DNA from: Octopus sinensis
Lineage: Eukaryota
NCBI RefSeq assembly: GCF_006345805.1
Contig: NC_042999.1
Location: 152,706,001 to 152,770,000, forward strand
Reading direction: 5' to 3'
Length of the DNA stretch: 64,000 nucleotides
Part shown: one piece after another, positions 38,936 through 52,830 of the stretch
Layout of the letters: each line of letters begins with the position of its first letter
How positions within the stretch are numbered: the first letter of the stretch is position 1
Made by a program: the position numbers and the translations under genes
The notes under the pieces: model-generated
The model's database searches: none
Told to the model about the DNA's origin: nothing
Seen by the model: the letters and a program-made list of their open reading frames with translations, nothing else

Positions 38936-39242
38936 ATGTGGGTGTTGTATTATATAAGTAAAAAGAAAGAAAAATATGTGGGTGTATATATATAATATAT
39001 ATGTAAAAAGAACCTAACAGGCAACAACAAAACAGACGATTCGAAAATAGACAGGAAAAAGCAAGGACAGGACATTCGGACCTTCCCATCGTCAGTCGAG
39101 TTCCAGAACGTCATTGCAGTTTCGTCCGGTTACACTCGAGACTGCTCCAATCTGGCTGATCCCAAGAAAATCTAAGCAAAGACCACCAGATTCTTAGGAA
39201 GAAAACAAGGACGAAAAAATCGGAGAAATGGTACTTGTATAG

Positions 39243-39325
<83 letters not shown>

Positions 39326-39449
39326 TATAATTATAATAATAATTGTGCTCGAAAAATAAGGGGTGTTACCTTAGTTCAAAGGTAACGAATGACTGACACC
39401 ATAGTAGATCTCCAGAGTTAGAAGCTGTGCAAAGACATAAATAAGATTA

Positions 39450-39860
39450 ATGCTATAGGCACAAGGCTTGAAATGTTGGAGAGGAAGCTAGTCAATTACA
39501 TCGACCCCAGTACTGAACTATTACTTTATTTATCAACCCCGAGAGGATGAAAGGTAAAGTCGACCTCTGCGGAATTTGATCTCAGAACGTAGAGAGAGAC
39601 GAAATGCTGCAAAGCGATTCTGCCAACTCGCAGCTTTAATAATGATAATAATAGTCTTTTCTACTATAGGCACAAGGCCTGAAAATTTGTGTGGAGGTGG
39701 GTGGGCAGTCAATTAGATCGAATCTAGTATGCAACTGGTACTTAAATTATCGAACGAGAAAGGATGGAAGGCAAAGTCGACCTCGACAGAATTTGAACTC
39801 AGAACGTAAAGCACTTCGCAACGTAAAGCATTTCGCAAACTATTCTGACAACTCGCCGCC

Positions 39861-39862
<2 letters not shown>
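39450..39862 (-). mobile_element. Two tandem SINE S5 copies beside (TAA)n tracts
   Basis: ctataggcacaaggc..aaagtcgacctc..tttgaactcagaacgta occurs twice. Confidence 0.85.
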
Positions 39863-39920
<58 letters not shown>

Positions 39921-40434
39921 GCAACAACAAAAACAACACAAACAATAATAATAATAATAATTATAATAATTATAATGATGATAATAATAACAACAACAAT
40001 GATATTAATAATGATGATCATGATCATGATCATGATGATGATAACAGCAACAACATATACACGTGAGCGCATGTAGGAGTGTGTGTGTGCGATTGTGTGT
40101 GTGAGTGTGTGTATGTATCCGCGCACATAAAGGGAAAGAGATAGAACAAAAGTGATATGAAATCAGACCAGACTAGACGTCAACAACAATGACACTTCGG
40201 TTGGGAACGTTCTGATTCATGAAGCAGCAGGTGGTCGCAGACAACTTTGGATAAACAGGAAAACCCACGAGCAGTCATAGAGCACGTACCTACACTCATA
40301 CGCGCGCACACACACACACACATACATACACGCACGCACACACACACACACACACACGCGCATGTAATTTTATCTTAGGGATTTATTATTTTTGCGTTAG
40401 CAGAATTGAAGCCAGTCATATATATATATATAAT

Positions 40435-40607
<173 letters not shown>

Positions 40608-40656
40608 ATATATATATTATATATATATATATATATATAATATATATATTTGTGTG

Positions 40657-40697
<41 letters not shown>

Positions 40698-40702
40698 GTG
40701 TG

Positions 40703-40760
<58 letters not shown>

Positions 40761-40894
40761 CATATATATGTGTATGTATGTGTAGTTGTAATGCATGAAT
40801 GTATATAAAGCATAATATATACATTTTAATATTTTTAAGATATACATACACTCACACACACATACTTGCACGTACGCACGTACACTCATTTGTA

Positions 40895-42164
40895 TTGGGT
40901 TGGCAAGAAAGTAATTTCAGTTTTTTAGTGTGAAATGAAAGTCATTTTTTTTTCTTACGAAGAATGAACTTTAATCGATTCTTTCCTTTTGTCCGATGAC
41001 CTTTCAGGTAATTATTTTATTATTCTGCCCTCGTTGATTTTCTGGTCCTTACCAGCCAAAAACTGAAGCAAGTACGATTTCAGGTCATGATCATTATTGA
41101 AAGTTTTATCACTCAAAGAATTTTGAAAACTTCGAAATAAATGGTAATCTAATGGTGCAAGGTCAGGGCTCTATGGTGTATGTGACATCACTTCCCAACC
41201 AAGCTCGAATAATTTCTCACGAGTTAGCAAAGACATGTGTGACCTAGCGTTGTCATGGTGGAACATGATTCCTTTACGATTTGGCAATTCTGGCAGTTTT
41301 TCTGTGATTGCTTTTTCCAGTTTCATTAGTTGTTGAGTGTAAACATCTGAATTGATCGTTTGGTTCCGTGGAAGCAGCTCAAAATACTGTACAACACCTT
41401 TGTAATCCCACCAAATTGACAGCATGACCTTTTCTTTTGATGCAATTCAGCTGTCGATGTGGCTTGTGCTGGTTCATTACACTTGGACCATGATCGTTTA
41501 CGATTGATGTTCTTGTAGACAATCCATTTTTCATCACCGGTGATGATTCGTTTCAAAAAGGGTCGATTTCATTGCGTTTGAGATGCATATCACAAATATT
41601 GATTCGTTGTGTTGAATGAATCTCTTTCAATTTATGTGGAACCCAAATATCGAGCTTCTTAACGAGTCCAAGACATTTTAAGTGATTTTCAATTGTTATG
41701 TGTGATACATTTAAACTCTCTGCGATCTTCCGCACAGTTATATGACAATCAGATTCAATTATGGCTTTGATTCGGTCATCATCAACTTCAGTAGGTCGAC
41801 CAGAACGTTGGTCATCTTTGAGTGAAAAATCTCCAGAACAAAACCATTTTCTAAAACCATTTCTGACATGTGCGTTCCACTAAGCAATCAACACCATAAA
41901 CTCCACATATTTCTTTGTGATCCTCTGCAACTTTCTTGCCCTTATAGAAATAAAAAAAGCAAAATATAGCGAAAATGTTTGTTTTTGCCCGCCATGTTAA
42001 AACTTACAATAGCTGTTTGCAAAATTATGCGCAATTTGCTTCTTGAATAGGCTAAAAGTAACGGCTATCAAATGTGAAAAGGAAAAAGTAACGTTGACAA
42101 AAATCATTAAAAAAATCGTAACTGTCTATTCGTGAAAAACGAAATTACTTTCTTGCCAGCCCCA
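40895..42164 (-). mobile_element. Full-length mariner transposon (mellifera-subfamily-like)
   Basis: TIRs ttgggttggcaagaaagtaatttc / gaaattactttcttgccagcccca with TA at 40893-94 and 42165-66; about 1.27 kb. Confidence 0.95.
40971..41995 (-). pseudogene. Mariner DD34D transposase, disrupted by frameshifts and a stop
   Basis: MAGKNKHFRYILL, RSGRP, WVPHKL, ITGDEKW, WWDYKG, HHDNARSH, (Y>stop)SPDLAPLDYHLF. Confidence 0.95.
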
Positions 42165-42235
42165 TATGTGTATATTGAAAAAAATGATGTGCCCGATTTA
42201 ATCAATGTGTCTGTATGTGAGCGTGTATGTACATG

Positions 42236-42266
<31 letters not shown>

Positions 42267-42432
42267 TATATATGTAAACAGTAAAAAATAAATAAATACA
42301 GACATGGACAAGAACATGAAACACCAAAGAGACGACACAAGAACCACAGGACGGGACATTCGAAGCCCTCAGTCATCAGTCAAGAACCAGATCATCTTCG
42401 CAATTTCGGCTGATTAATCTGAGATATATAGG

Positions 42433-42673
42433 TTTTCTTTGTTTCAATCATTAGACTCCGGCCATTCCGGAGTACCGCATTGAAGAAATTTTTGTCGAAT
42501 GAATCGTTCGCAGTTATTCTTTTTTTCTTTTCAAGCCTGGTTCTAACTCTATCGGTCTGTTTTGACGAACCGCTAAGTCACGGGGGAGGTAAAGAAATCA
42601 ACACCGTTTGTCAAGCGGATGCGGAGGACAAACACAGGTACAAAGAAACACGTACACAGAAACACGTGCACTC

Positions 42674-42715
<42 letters not shown>

Positions 42716-43095
42716 CGATGGGCTTCTTTCAGTTTCCGTCTAACACATTCAAGGTGCGAGGAAGTAGACTGAGCCCCCAGAACCATGTAGTCGGGAAACA
42801 ACACACAGCCATACTTTATATTACATGTATATATTTATTGGTATGCAAACAAACCAACATCGGTTTTGAAGTGGTACCATGTTGAGAAAAACAGAAACAC
42901 AAAGAGACAGACAAACATAGATATATTTACGTAACGGGCCTCCACACAGTTTCTGTCAATCAAATTCACTCTTAATTCATTGATCATCTCGACTTTATAG
43001 TTGAAGATACTTACCCATGATGCCACGCTGTGGGATTGAACCCAAAGCCATGCAGTTGTGAAGCGATTCTCTTAGCCACATAACAATGGCAGAAG
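42433..43095 (-). mobile_element. Two diverged or deleted SINE S1 copies
   Basis: Partial matches to the S1 tail, gggcttctttcagtttccgtc, and head. Confidence 0.7.
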
Positions 43096-43299
43096 CTATG
43101 TTAACAACTGTGAGATGGTTGGTTATGGTGCTGGGCTTGCAAATGTTTGGGTATGGGTCGGAATCTAGGCAGGTGAAATGTGCTGTTTTATTGAGCAAGT
43201 TTGTTTTCCTTTACGCTGTTTAAGCTGAAATATCCAGACCGTATTTCACCAAGACTCCACCCATATATTTATTTTTCTAAGAACTTACAATGTTTCACA

Positions 43300-43388
<89 letters not shown>

Positions 43389-43732
43389 AACAAGGTCGAA
43401 GTGCGATAAAATAAAATTAATTATTATCGCTGGTGTTTCTAGCACAAGCCATATATTATTCATATATAAGTACATTAAAAGGCGAAGTATGTACTAGAAA
43501 CACAGAAGCTTGATAAATTTAGTGAAATTAAAATAAAAACGTTTACTAACTCGATATATATATATATATATATATATCTTCCAGCATACAGCTCTATTTC
43601 TTAGCTTCGCTTAGCTTCAGGGTAAATTTTTTTACTTACGTTACTTCTAAGTCATAAGTATTGCATATCTTTATATCAGATAAAGTTTTCTCATTTATTT
43701 TTAAAGTGAGTTATTTATCTGAAATCTCACAT

Positions 43733-44130
43733 ACTCTCTTTTACTTGTTTCAGGCATTTGACTGCGGCCATGCTAGAGCACCGCCTTTAGTCGAGCAAAT
43801 CGACCCCGGGACTTATTTTTTGTAAGCCCAGTACTTATTCTATTGGTCTCTTTTGTCGAACCGCTAAGTGACGGGGACGTAAACACACCAGCATCGGTTG
43901 TCAAGCAATGCTAGGGAGACAAACACAGACACACAAACACACACATATATATATATACATATATACGACAGGCTTCTTTCAGTTTCCGTCTACCAAATCC
44001 ACTCACAAGGTATTGGTCGGCCCGGGGCTATAGCTGAAGACACGTGCCCAAGATGCCACGCAGTGGGACTAAACCCGGAACTATGTGGTTGGTAGACAGG
44101 ATACTTACAACACAGCCACTCCTGCGCCTA
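43733..44130 (-). mobile_element. SINE S1, full length
   Basis: Close match to 21310-21742. Confidence 0.92.
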
Positions 44131-44297
44131 CATGTTCACTTATTTTCTATTCCTAGTCAGTACGAGGAAAGTAAATAATTTTAAAGTACTTAATAACAAA
44201 AAAAAGTACGAATCACACCTCTTGAGTGAATTTAACCCAGTCGCATGTGACCGAAAGTTTTGATCGCCATTGTAAATGTTTTTAGATATATAATTAT

Positions 44298-44606
44298 CAC
44301 CGTCACCGTGACCGACCAGGCTGTCAGATGCTGCTACACACTGCTGGTCACAATGCGCTTCGCATTGTTTTAGCCTTCAAATGACGCCACCCCAATGGCT
44401 AAGCGAGCAGGCCAACAGAAGAAAGAGTGAGAGAAATTTGTGGTGAAAGAGTACAGCAGGGATCACCACCACCTTCTGCCGGAGGCTCGTAGAGTTTTAG
44501 GTGTTTTCGTTCAATAAACACTCAAAACGCCCGGTCTGGGAATCGAAACCGCGATCTTATGACCACGCGTTCGCTGTCCTAACCATTGGGCCATTGCGCC
44601 TCCACT
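44298..44606 (-). mobile_element. tRNA-derived SINE, head H3 + tail B (RTE-like), with 13-bp TSD
   Basis: GATATATAATTAT at 44285-44297 and 44607-44619; head shared with the 31182 and 52456 copies. Confidence 0.92.
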
Positions 44607-45214
44607 GATATATAATTATGTGAGACAAAAAAGCATACTTCCACATTTTACTTATTCGACCAAGGATTGGACAGAAATATTCTGAAACTTATGAAGTATA
44701 ACCAAATAAAGTATTATATTATGGTACAGAAAATCCCTTTCAAAGGGCAACTTCTGAGAGAAACTAGGGTATACGAATCACCAATTTCAATTTTAGATGA
44801 GAATACGAAAGTGCAAGATTATTTGGTTTAATACACTCTACTTAGAATTTGATAATTCAGCTAACATAAACAACAATTTTTATTCGCTAGTAAGGTACTA
44901 TTTTCACATACGTGTTACTATTAGCGCTTTAAAACACACAACATCAATGTTAGCTATTCATGGCTAGAGAACATCGATTTTTCGAGCTATAATTCACAAA
45001 GTACGAGACAAATAAAGGATTAGAATAATGTGTCTAATTCCTTAGAACAACTAATGCTATTCAATTTTCTTTTAATTCTAAACTTGAAATACAGGATTAT
45101 ATATAATTTTATAATATTTTTTCTCTGTGATAAGTGCACGAAATATAAATTCTAAATGAAATTAATATAGTTTGTTAAGAATAAATACTAAGCAATGAGG
45201 AAGTAAAATATAAA

Positions 45215-45400
45215 ACATGACCATGTGACTGACCAGACTATGAGATATTACAAATCACTAGTCACAATGCTGAGAAGTATTTGAAGGAGTACGCGTGTCT
45301 GTGGAGTGCTCAACCACTTGCACTTTAATTTCACGAGCAGGCTGTTCTGTCGATCGGGTCAACTGAAAGACTCGTTGTTGTAACCGACGGAGTGCCAATT
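45215..45400. mobile_element. Abutting SINE tail fragments (tail B on minus, tail A on plus)
   Basis: gtgactgaccagact..gtcacaatgc, then cgtgtctgtggagtgctc..gtaaccgacggagtgcc. Confidence 0.7.
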
Positions 45401-45489
45401 AGTTCTCAAAGCTCATTATCGTCAACACACATGCATACAATAAGCACTCATTGTATGCATGTGTATGTATCTATCTATCTATGTACATA

Positions 45490-45762
45490 TATCACGTGAT
45501 CGACCAAACTAAGGGTTGTTACTATACATCACTGTCTACAATGCGTTTTTGCATTACTTGTTAGCTTTGCAAAGATGCCACCTCACTGGCTAGGTAGGCA
45601 AGCCAACATTCCCCTGATCCGCAGGTTATAACCATTTACACCTGAATGTTCTTGAGGAACGTGGAATGGAGAGTTTTGCTCAAGAACATAACGCCTGGTG
45701 TGGGAATCAAACATGATCCAGCGATCGTGATGCAACACTCTTACCCCAAGGCCACAAGACAC
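45490..45762 (-). mobile_element. Diverged SINE, head H2 + tail B
   Basis: atcacgtgatcgacca..acaatgcg (tail B) joined to ttgctcaagaacataacgc..ggaatcaaac (H2 head). Confidence 0.7.
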
Positions 45763-45794
45763 ATTTATATAAATATGTAAATGCATACATACAC

Positions 45795-46168
45795 GCGCAG
45801 GCGTGGTTGTGTGGTAAGAAGCTTGATTCCCGACCACATTGTTCCAGGTTCAGCTCCACTATGTGGCACCTTGGGCAAGTGTCTTCTACTATAGCCTCGG
45901 ACCGACCAAAACCCTGTGAGTGGGTTTGGTAGACGGAAATTGAAATAAGACAGTCGTAATGTAACCACATGTGGATTGTTGGCGATTTTTGTTCTCCGTC
46001 TTCCTTTCTTCTTCAACTTTCCTCCATCTCCTGTTTCTGACGAAGAGCTTTGCTCGAAACCTAAAGCCACCTTTCTTACCTTCCATGGGCTTTTGCTAAT
46101 ATTTTACATGTACCACGTCCTCGCGTTGTCTTTTTCTCGTGTTTGTTCTTCGTTTTGTTTTTGATTTA

Positions 46169-46222
<54 letters not shown>

Positions 46223-46390
46223 GCGTATGTGTGTGTCTTTGTATCTGTGTTTGTCCCCGCACTATCCCTTGATAACCAATGTTGGTGTGTTTACATCCCC
46301 GTAACCTAGCGGTTTAACAAAAGAGACCAATAAAAACCCTTTAAGGTGGTGCTCCAGCATGGCCACTGTCAAATGACTGAAACAAATAAA
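45795..46390 (+). mobile_element. SINE S1 interrupted at its internal microsatellite by a ~210-bp insertion (45960-46170)
   Basis: S1 head ends near 45957; the S1 3' half resumes near 46225. Confidence 0.88.
46033..46066 (+). ncRNA. Minimal hammerhead-like motif
   Basis: gttt-CTGACGA-a-gagc-ttt-gctc-GAAA-c-CTA-aag. Confidence 0.6.
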
Positions 46391-46913
46391 ATAATAAAAG
46401 AATAAAGAATACACACACACATACACATATACATTCATGCATATATATATTCACATATGTATGTGTAAGTGTACACATGTATGTATGAATTCGCAGATAT
46501 ATCGATTCATTCGGAAAAACTACACACGAAATACTTATGTGCTCATAACTATGTAGAGCGTCTTACATATATACTGTAATAGATAGAAAAACACCGACAG
46601 AAACATACACAGATACACACTAAGAGAAATACATAAGAATACTTGAAACCACATATAACGCGCTAAAAGGCACACACGACACTCTAAATACACACGCACG
46701 CACATACACACACGCATATATATATAGATGCATACACACACACATATATAGATAGATGCACTCATGCACACACATATATAAATAGATCTACACACATATA
46801 TAGTTGCACACACGTAAATAGATGTTCACACAAATGTGTATATATATATATATATATATAGATGCACACACACACACACACACACATATATAAACGTATT
46901 TAGATGCACACAC

Positions 46914-46961
<48 letters not shown>

Positions 46962-47269
46962 GCTCAAAAATATATGTAGATGCACACACATACGCATATA
47001 TATATATACACAGTTGCTCACACACACACACGTATACATAGTTGCTCACACATGTATATAGATGCACACACACACACACACATATATATAGTTGCTCACA
47101 CATATATAGACGCACACACACACTCATATATATATATATAGATGCACACACATGTAATCTACATTGGGAGCGTCGTTACTATTATTCGCTAGAGGCCAAT
47201 CATAGAACACTCGGAATACTACTAAGATTTATGTATTATACAAACACACGCTTATACACATACATACGT

Positions 47270-47300
<31 letters not shown>

Positions 47301-48020
47301 CATACATACATGAGTCTATGTGTATATGCTTTTATATGCGGTTGCGTGTATGAGTGTGAGTGCATGAGTGTTTGAGTGTGTGTGTGTATGTGTATTATGT
47401 ATATTAGTGAAAATAAATTGCAATCAATCACAGTTCCTTTCAGGATAAGACAAGCAATCAAAGAGATTATCTGCTTCGTGCAATCAATTCTTCCGGTTAA
47501 TATTTTCTTTGGGGATATTAGCGACACCAATTACATTGAGTACCATTTCGAACGAACGTTTTTATTCTCCTCACTCCCTCTCGTTGTCTGACTGTTATTT
47601 GTCTGCTTCTCTCTCTGTTTCTCTCTCTGTCTCTTTCCCTATCTCTCTGTCTGTCTCTCTCTTTTTCGCTCTCTAGCTTTGTTCGGTTAGTTCTCCTTCT
47701 TTCTCTGTCTCCTTATTTCTCTCTCTCTTTCTTTCTCTCCCTCTCTCTCTCTCACCTATTGCACTCACGACCATAATAACAATTACATCAAAGCAACAGA
47801 AGACACAGGTGCACACACACGCACACGCACACACACATGCACACACATATACACACATACACACACATACACACTCTCTCACACACACACACACACACAC
47901 GCGCAAACACGTACGCGCACACACACATCCAGCCCACACACGCTTGATTGCGCGGAAATATTCATATGAAACTATGTTTGAACGTAGGTACGTAGACACA
48001 CACATGCACACACACACACA

Positions 48021-48080
<60 letters not shown>

Positions 48081-48706
48081 ACTCAATATATATTTGCATT
48101 TTTAAATAGTTGCTGAATGCCACTTTTCCCAGCCTCAAGGCTGGCTGAAATACTGTTTTAATAAAGCGAAGTCACAACCACCATCTGTTCATTTGATAAA
48201 TTTGGTTTTATATTCTGTATTCAGTTCTTTCCACAGCAAATATTATACGTCCCATATAACAAGCCCTTACGTTAATACATGTGTGAATGTCTGCATGAGT
48301 TTGCGCACATACGTACGTACATAATTATGTATGTATACACATACATATATGTATATACGTACGTCAATTGTACAACTGGTTTCATGTAAGAAGACCTTAT
48401 GCAAATCAGATGTAAACTTGTACATTCGTCAGACCTGTAGCATGTAAATGACGAACTATATTATAAAGATTTATATGTAAACCAGTGGGACTCGTGGAAA
48501 TTCCACAGAACGAAAAAGATTAAGGGAAGCTATTCAAGAAAGAAAGGATGATTTACATTTCTATTTTTATTTCGCTTAGTCATTTCGCTTCCAGTCGCAA
48601 TAATGATTTTAAAATTTCTCTCTGCTGAGCACTTTGCATTTCTCTTTTTCTCTCTACCTCTTCAACAAACTTTTTCACCTTGTAATTCTCCTTTTAATTA
48701 CTCTAG

Positions 48707-48745
<39 letters not shown>

Positions 48746-48770
48746 AGTAACAAGGATGTCAATGTACTAA

Positions 48771-48857
48771 TGGAATACGGCGGTTTCAGGCGGCCCCATT
48801 TACTCGAACAGTGCAAGCATTACATCAATTTAAAATACAGCGCCATCTTCAGTTGCA
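48771..48857 (-). ncRNA. Type I hammerhead-like motif in (TA)n-flanked island (48742-49145)
   Basis: Minus strand: ugcaa-CUGAAGA-uGGCG...CGCCu-GAAA-C-cgcc-GUA-uucca. Confidence 0.6.
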
Positions 48858-49159
48858 AAAATATGAATTTTCAATAGACAAGATATCCTAATATAATTTT
48901 TCGCAAATATTTTATCAGAACTAGAGAATTAAGGAATTTCATGCTGCCAGTATTGTATCAGAAATAAACTAAGAGAAAAAAACTACTATTATGGACTGGT
49001 AGAAATGGATCACAGTCGGGGGTCATGGGATCATAATTCATTTCTAATTTTTATCTATCTCCTTATCACCATCAAAAGATCTAATACAGCTAGTATACTA
49101 CGATTATTGAGAATTAAGATATCTCCTAATTCAAATGACTCTTAATTATATATACATAC

Positions 49160-49224
<65 letters not shown>

Positions 49225-49245
49225 GTATATATATATATATATATA

Positions 49246-49280
<35 letters not shown>

Positions 49281-49293
49281 ATGTATGTATATA

Positions 49294-49335
<42 letters not shown>

Positions 49336-49407
49336 GTAAATGAAAGACAGAAGATGGAATATATATATATATATGCACATGCGTGTGTATATATGTATAT
49401 GCTTATG

Positions 49408-49606
49408 TGACCGTGTTTGTCTCCGCACCATCATTTGACAACCGATGTTGGTTTGTTTATGTTGCGTTTCGGCAAAAGGGATCCATAGAATAAGTGCTAG
49501 GCTCACAAACAATAAACCCTGGGTTCGAGTTCTTCGACTAAAAGCAACGCTGCAGCATGACCACTGCCAAATGACTGAAACCAATAAAAGGGATAAAAGA
49601 AAAAAG
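49408..49606 (+). mobile_element. SINE S1, 3' half
   Basis: ttgacaaccgatgttgg..aaatgactgaaac. Confidence 0.8.
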
Positions 49607-49648
49607 AATATACATACATACATGCATACATACATATACATACATACT

Positions 49649-49683
<35 letters not shown>

Positions 49684-50512
49684 GCAAATAGATAGATAGA
49701 TGCACATACATACGCATAAACATACACACGCGCGTGTGTACACACACACACGGACTTACACAGACACACACACAGACACACACATATATTGGAAATTAAA
49801 ATAAGCACAAGTATAGATAAGAGGGTATTGTAATTTGCTGGAAGCATTGCGTATTGTTTGTGAAATGTAACGTGTCTGGAATGGCACAACAACGCAGAGT
49901 GGAAATAATAACTGTTATAAATAATTTAATTATTGATAGTCTGATATAATAATATTTCGGAATATAAAAGTTCCTTCTTTAGATATTGCTAAGTAGTAAA
50001 GGAGTCAATGTCATAGTCAGTTTTCCAATGATTACTGAAATCTGTCCGAAGCGTACCTGTAGTGGTCTCACGAAGCTCCTTCCAGAATTCCTAATGAGAA
50101 GTGCGCGAGGGTGGTCATGTCTTGAGCTCGTGTGTGATGGCATATCCGCAGCGTATTATGCGTACATTTATTATTATTATTTCTTATATAATGTTTTGTT
50201 ACATGAACATGAATACATATTTTGTTGCTACGTACCATTCACCATTGCTGTTAATTGGAATTCAGTATTGGATATCCCAAGCGATTTGAATGCCTAAATA
50301 TAATGCACACCTCGATGCAAATTTAACCACTATGGTATGAAGAAATAAGCAGATAATGAAAAAATAGAAAAACGGAAAAACGAACAAAAGCAAAAATTAA
50401 AATTAATGCTTTTATTTTAACATATTGAAAAAGTTCTCTCAAAGTGATTAGGTGAAAAATGCGACAGGACTTCTTCAGTTTAAGGTATATGTATATTAAA
50501 CTAAATATATGT

Positions 50513-51031
50513 GAAGACGCGTGACATAGTGGTTAGAGTATTCGGCTTACGATTCTAAGGTCGTGAGTTCGATACCGGTTGTGCATTGTATTCTTGAAGA
50601 AGGCATTTATAGGGCGGCGGGCTGGTAAAATCGTTAGCACGCCGGGTGAAATGCTTAGCGGTATTTCGTCCATCTTTACGTTCTGAGTTCAAATCCACCG
50701 AGGTCGACTTTGCCTTTCGTCCTTATATACTGGGAGTGATCTAAGCGACTGGCCCCCTCCCCCAAAATTTCGGGCCATGTGCCTAGACTAGAAAGGAAGA
50801 AGGTATTTTATTACACGTCTTTCCAGTTCACTCCTTCGGCAAAAATGAGTTGTACTTATAAGTCAAAGTCCTGCCTTGTCACACACACTGTGTCACACTG
50901 AATCTCCCCGAGAACTGTGTTAAGGGTAAGAGGGTCTGTGGAGTACTCAGCCATTTGTACGTCAACTTCACGAGCAGGCTGTTCCGTTGATCGCATCAAC
51001 TGGAACCATCGTCGTCGCAACCGACGGAGTG
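50513..51031 (+). mobile_element. SINE H2 + tail A with a nested S5 SINE (50611-50795)
   Basis: Host SINE is split; imperfect TSD gaagaaggcattt / gaagaaggtattt flanks the S5 copy. Confidence 0.9.
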
Positions 51032-51130
51032 ACAGTTATATAAATATCTGCAAGTATACACACAATACATATATATATATATTAATATTTGTCTATACAC
51101 CCATATGTGCTCGATATATGTATAAGTATG

Positions 51131-51176
<46 letters not shown>

Positions 51177-51789
51177 TTAATGTATGAGTGGGTTTGAGTT
51201 AGTGTGTTTGTGTCTATATGTCTGGCAAATTTATGAACCTAAAGTTTTGTAGAGAATCTTGTGTTATATTTTTGATAAAATGTGAAGAGGTGAAAGTGTA
51301 GACAAAACATAATGAATAAATATATGTACACCTGGTAAGAGACAGACAGGTCCGCTAAACTATCTCATTCTGTTGACAGGGTTTATGGAGGTCTAAACGA
51401 TAGGTTTTTAAAGGCTATATACTATGTCACAGATGGAGAGAGGAAAATTATATAACACAGAAGAAAAAAGGTTATTAGGAAGAGAAGAGAAACGGAACCA
51501 ATTTGGTGTGTACCAGTCGATCACGTAACAACAGAGATAAGAGTGTGCGTGTACGTGTGTAGACAGATACGCAGGCAGACAGACAGATAGACACGGTTGG
51601 CACACACATTTACATGAATATGTATATATGTAAGTATGTATTATGTAAATGGGGTTAAGTTGCAACCTGTGTCCTTTTGAAGCACATCTGTTTATTCCAG
51701 TATTACAAATCAGTAGATATATTTTCGAGAGGTATGCATAAGAGTTGAAAATTTTTGCAGAGTAATTTATATTTTAAAACAGGAGAGTG

Positions 51790-52027
51790 TATTCTTTTAC
51801 TATTTTACTTGTTTCAGTCATTTGACTGTGGCCATGCTGGAGCACCGCCTTTGGTCGAGCAAATCTACCCCAGGACTTATTCTTTGTAAGCCTAGTACTG
51901 ATTCTATCGGTGTCTCTTGCCGAACCGCTAAGTTACGGGGAGGTAAACACAACAGCATCGATTGTCAAGCGATGCTGGTGGGACAAACACAGACATACAA
52001 ATACAACACACACACACACACACACAC

Positions 52028-52121
<94 letters not shown>

Positions 52122-52175
52122 TATATACAACGGGCTTCTTTCAGTTTCAGTCTACCAAATCCACTCACAAGGCTT
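51790..52175 (-). mobile_element. SINE S1 lacking its head; a plus-strand S1 3' fragment follows at 52257-52400
   Basis: Matches the S1 pattern. Confidence 0.88.
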
Positions 52176-52455
52176 CTCTACCGTCAACATGTCTCTATGG
52201 CGACGTATGGATTTATCAATGTGAAGATCTACAGTGGATTGTAAAATAAACTAATTTTAGCGGTTCGGCAAAAGTGACAAATAGAATAAGTACTAGGCTT
52301 ACAAAGAATAAGTCCTGGGATCGATTTGCTCGACTAAAGGCGGTACTCCAGCATGGCCGCAGTCAAATGATTGAAATAAATAAATGAAAAAATAAAAGAA
52401 TATATATATATATACTAGTATTTTTAAGCTTATTTCTACAGATTTACTATATAAT

Positions 52456-52830
52456 GTTGAGGCACAATGGCTCAGTAGTTAGAGCAGCGAACTCGCGGTC
52501 GTGAGATCGCGGTTTCGATTCGCAGACCGGGCGTTGTGAATGTTTATTGAGTGAAAACACAGAAAAGCTCCACGAGGCTCCGACAGGTGGGGGTGAACCC
52601 TGCGGTACTCTTTCACCACAACATTCTCTCACACTTGCTTCCTGTTTCTGTTGTACCTGTATTTCAAAGAGCCAACCTTGTCACACACTGTGTCACGCTG
52701 AGTCTCCCCGAGAGCTACGTTAAGGCTGCACGTGTCTGCGGAGTGCTCAGACACTTGCACGTTAATTTCACGAGCAGGCTGTTCCGTTGGTCGGATCAAC
52801 TGGAACCTTCATCGTCGTAACCGGCGGACT
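52456..52830 (+). mobile_element. tRNA-derived SINE, head H3 + tail A, with 9-bp TSD
   Basis: A box tggctcagtag, B box gtttcgattc; TACTATATA at 52445-52453 and 52833-52841. Confidence 0.9.

Noticed and set aside
45427-45464. 15-bp perfect inverted repeat
   Set aside because: Built from low-complexity CA/TG/ATGCAT sequence; likely a local template switch
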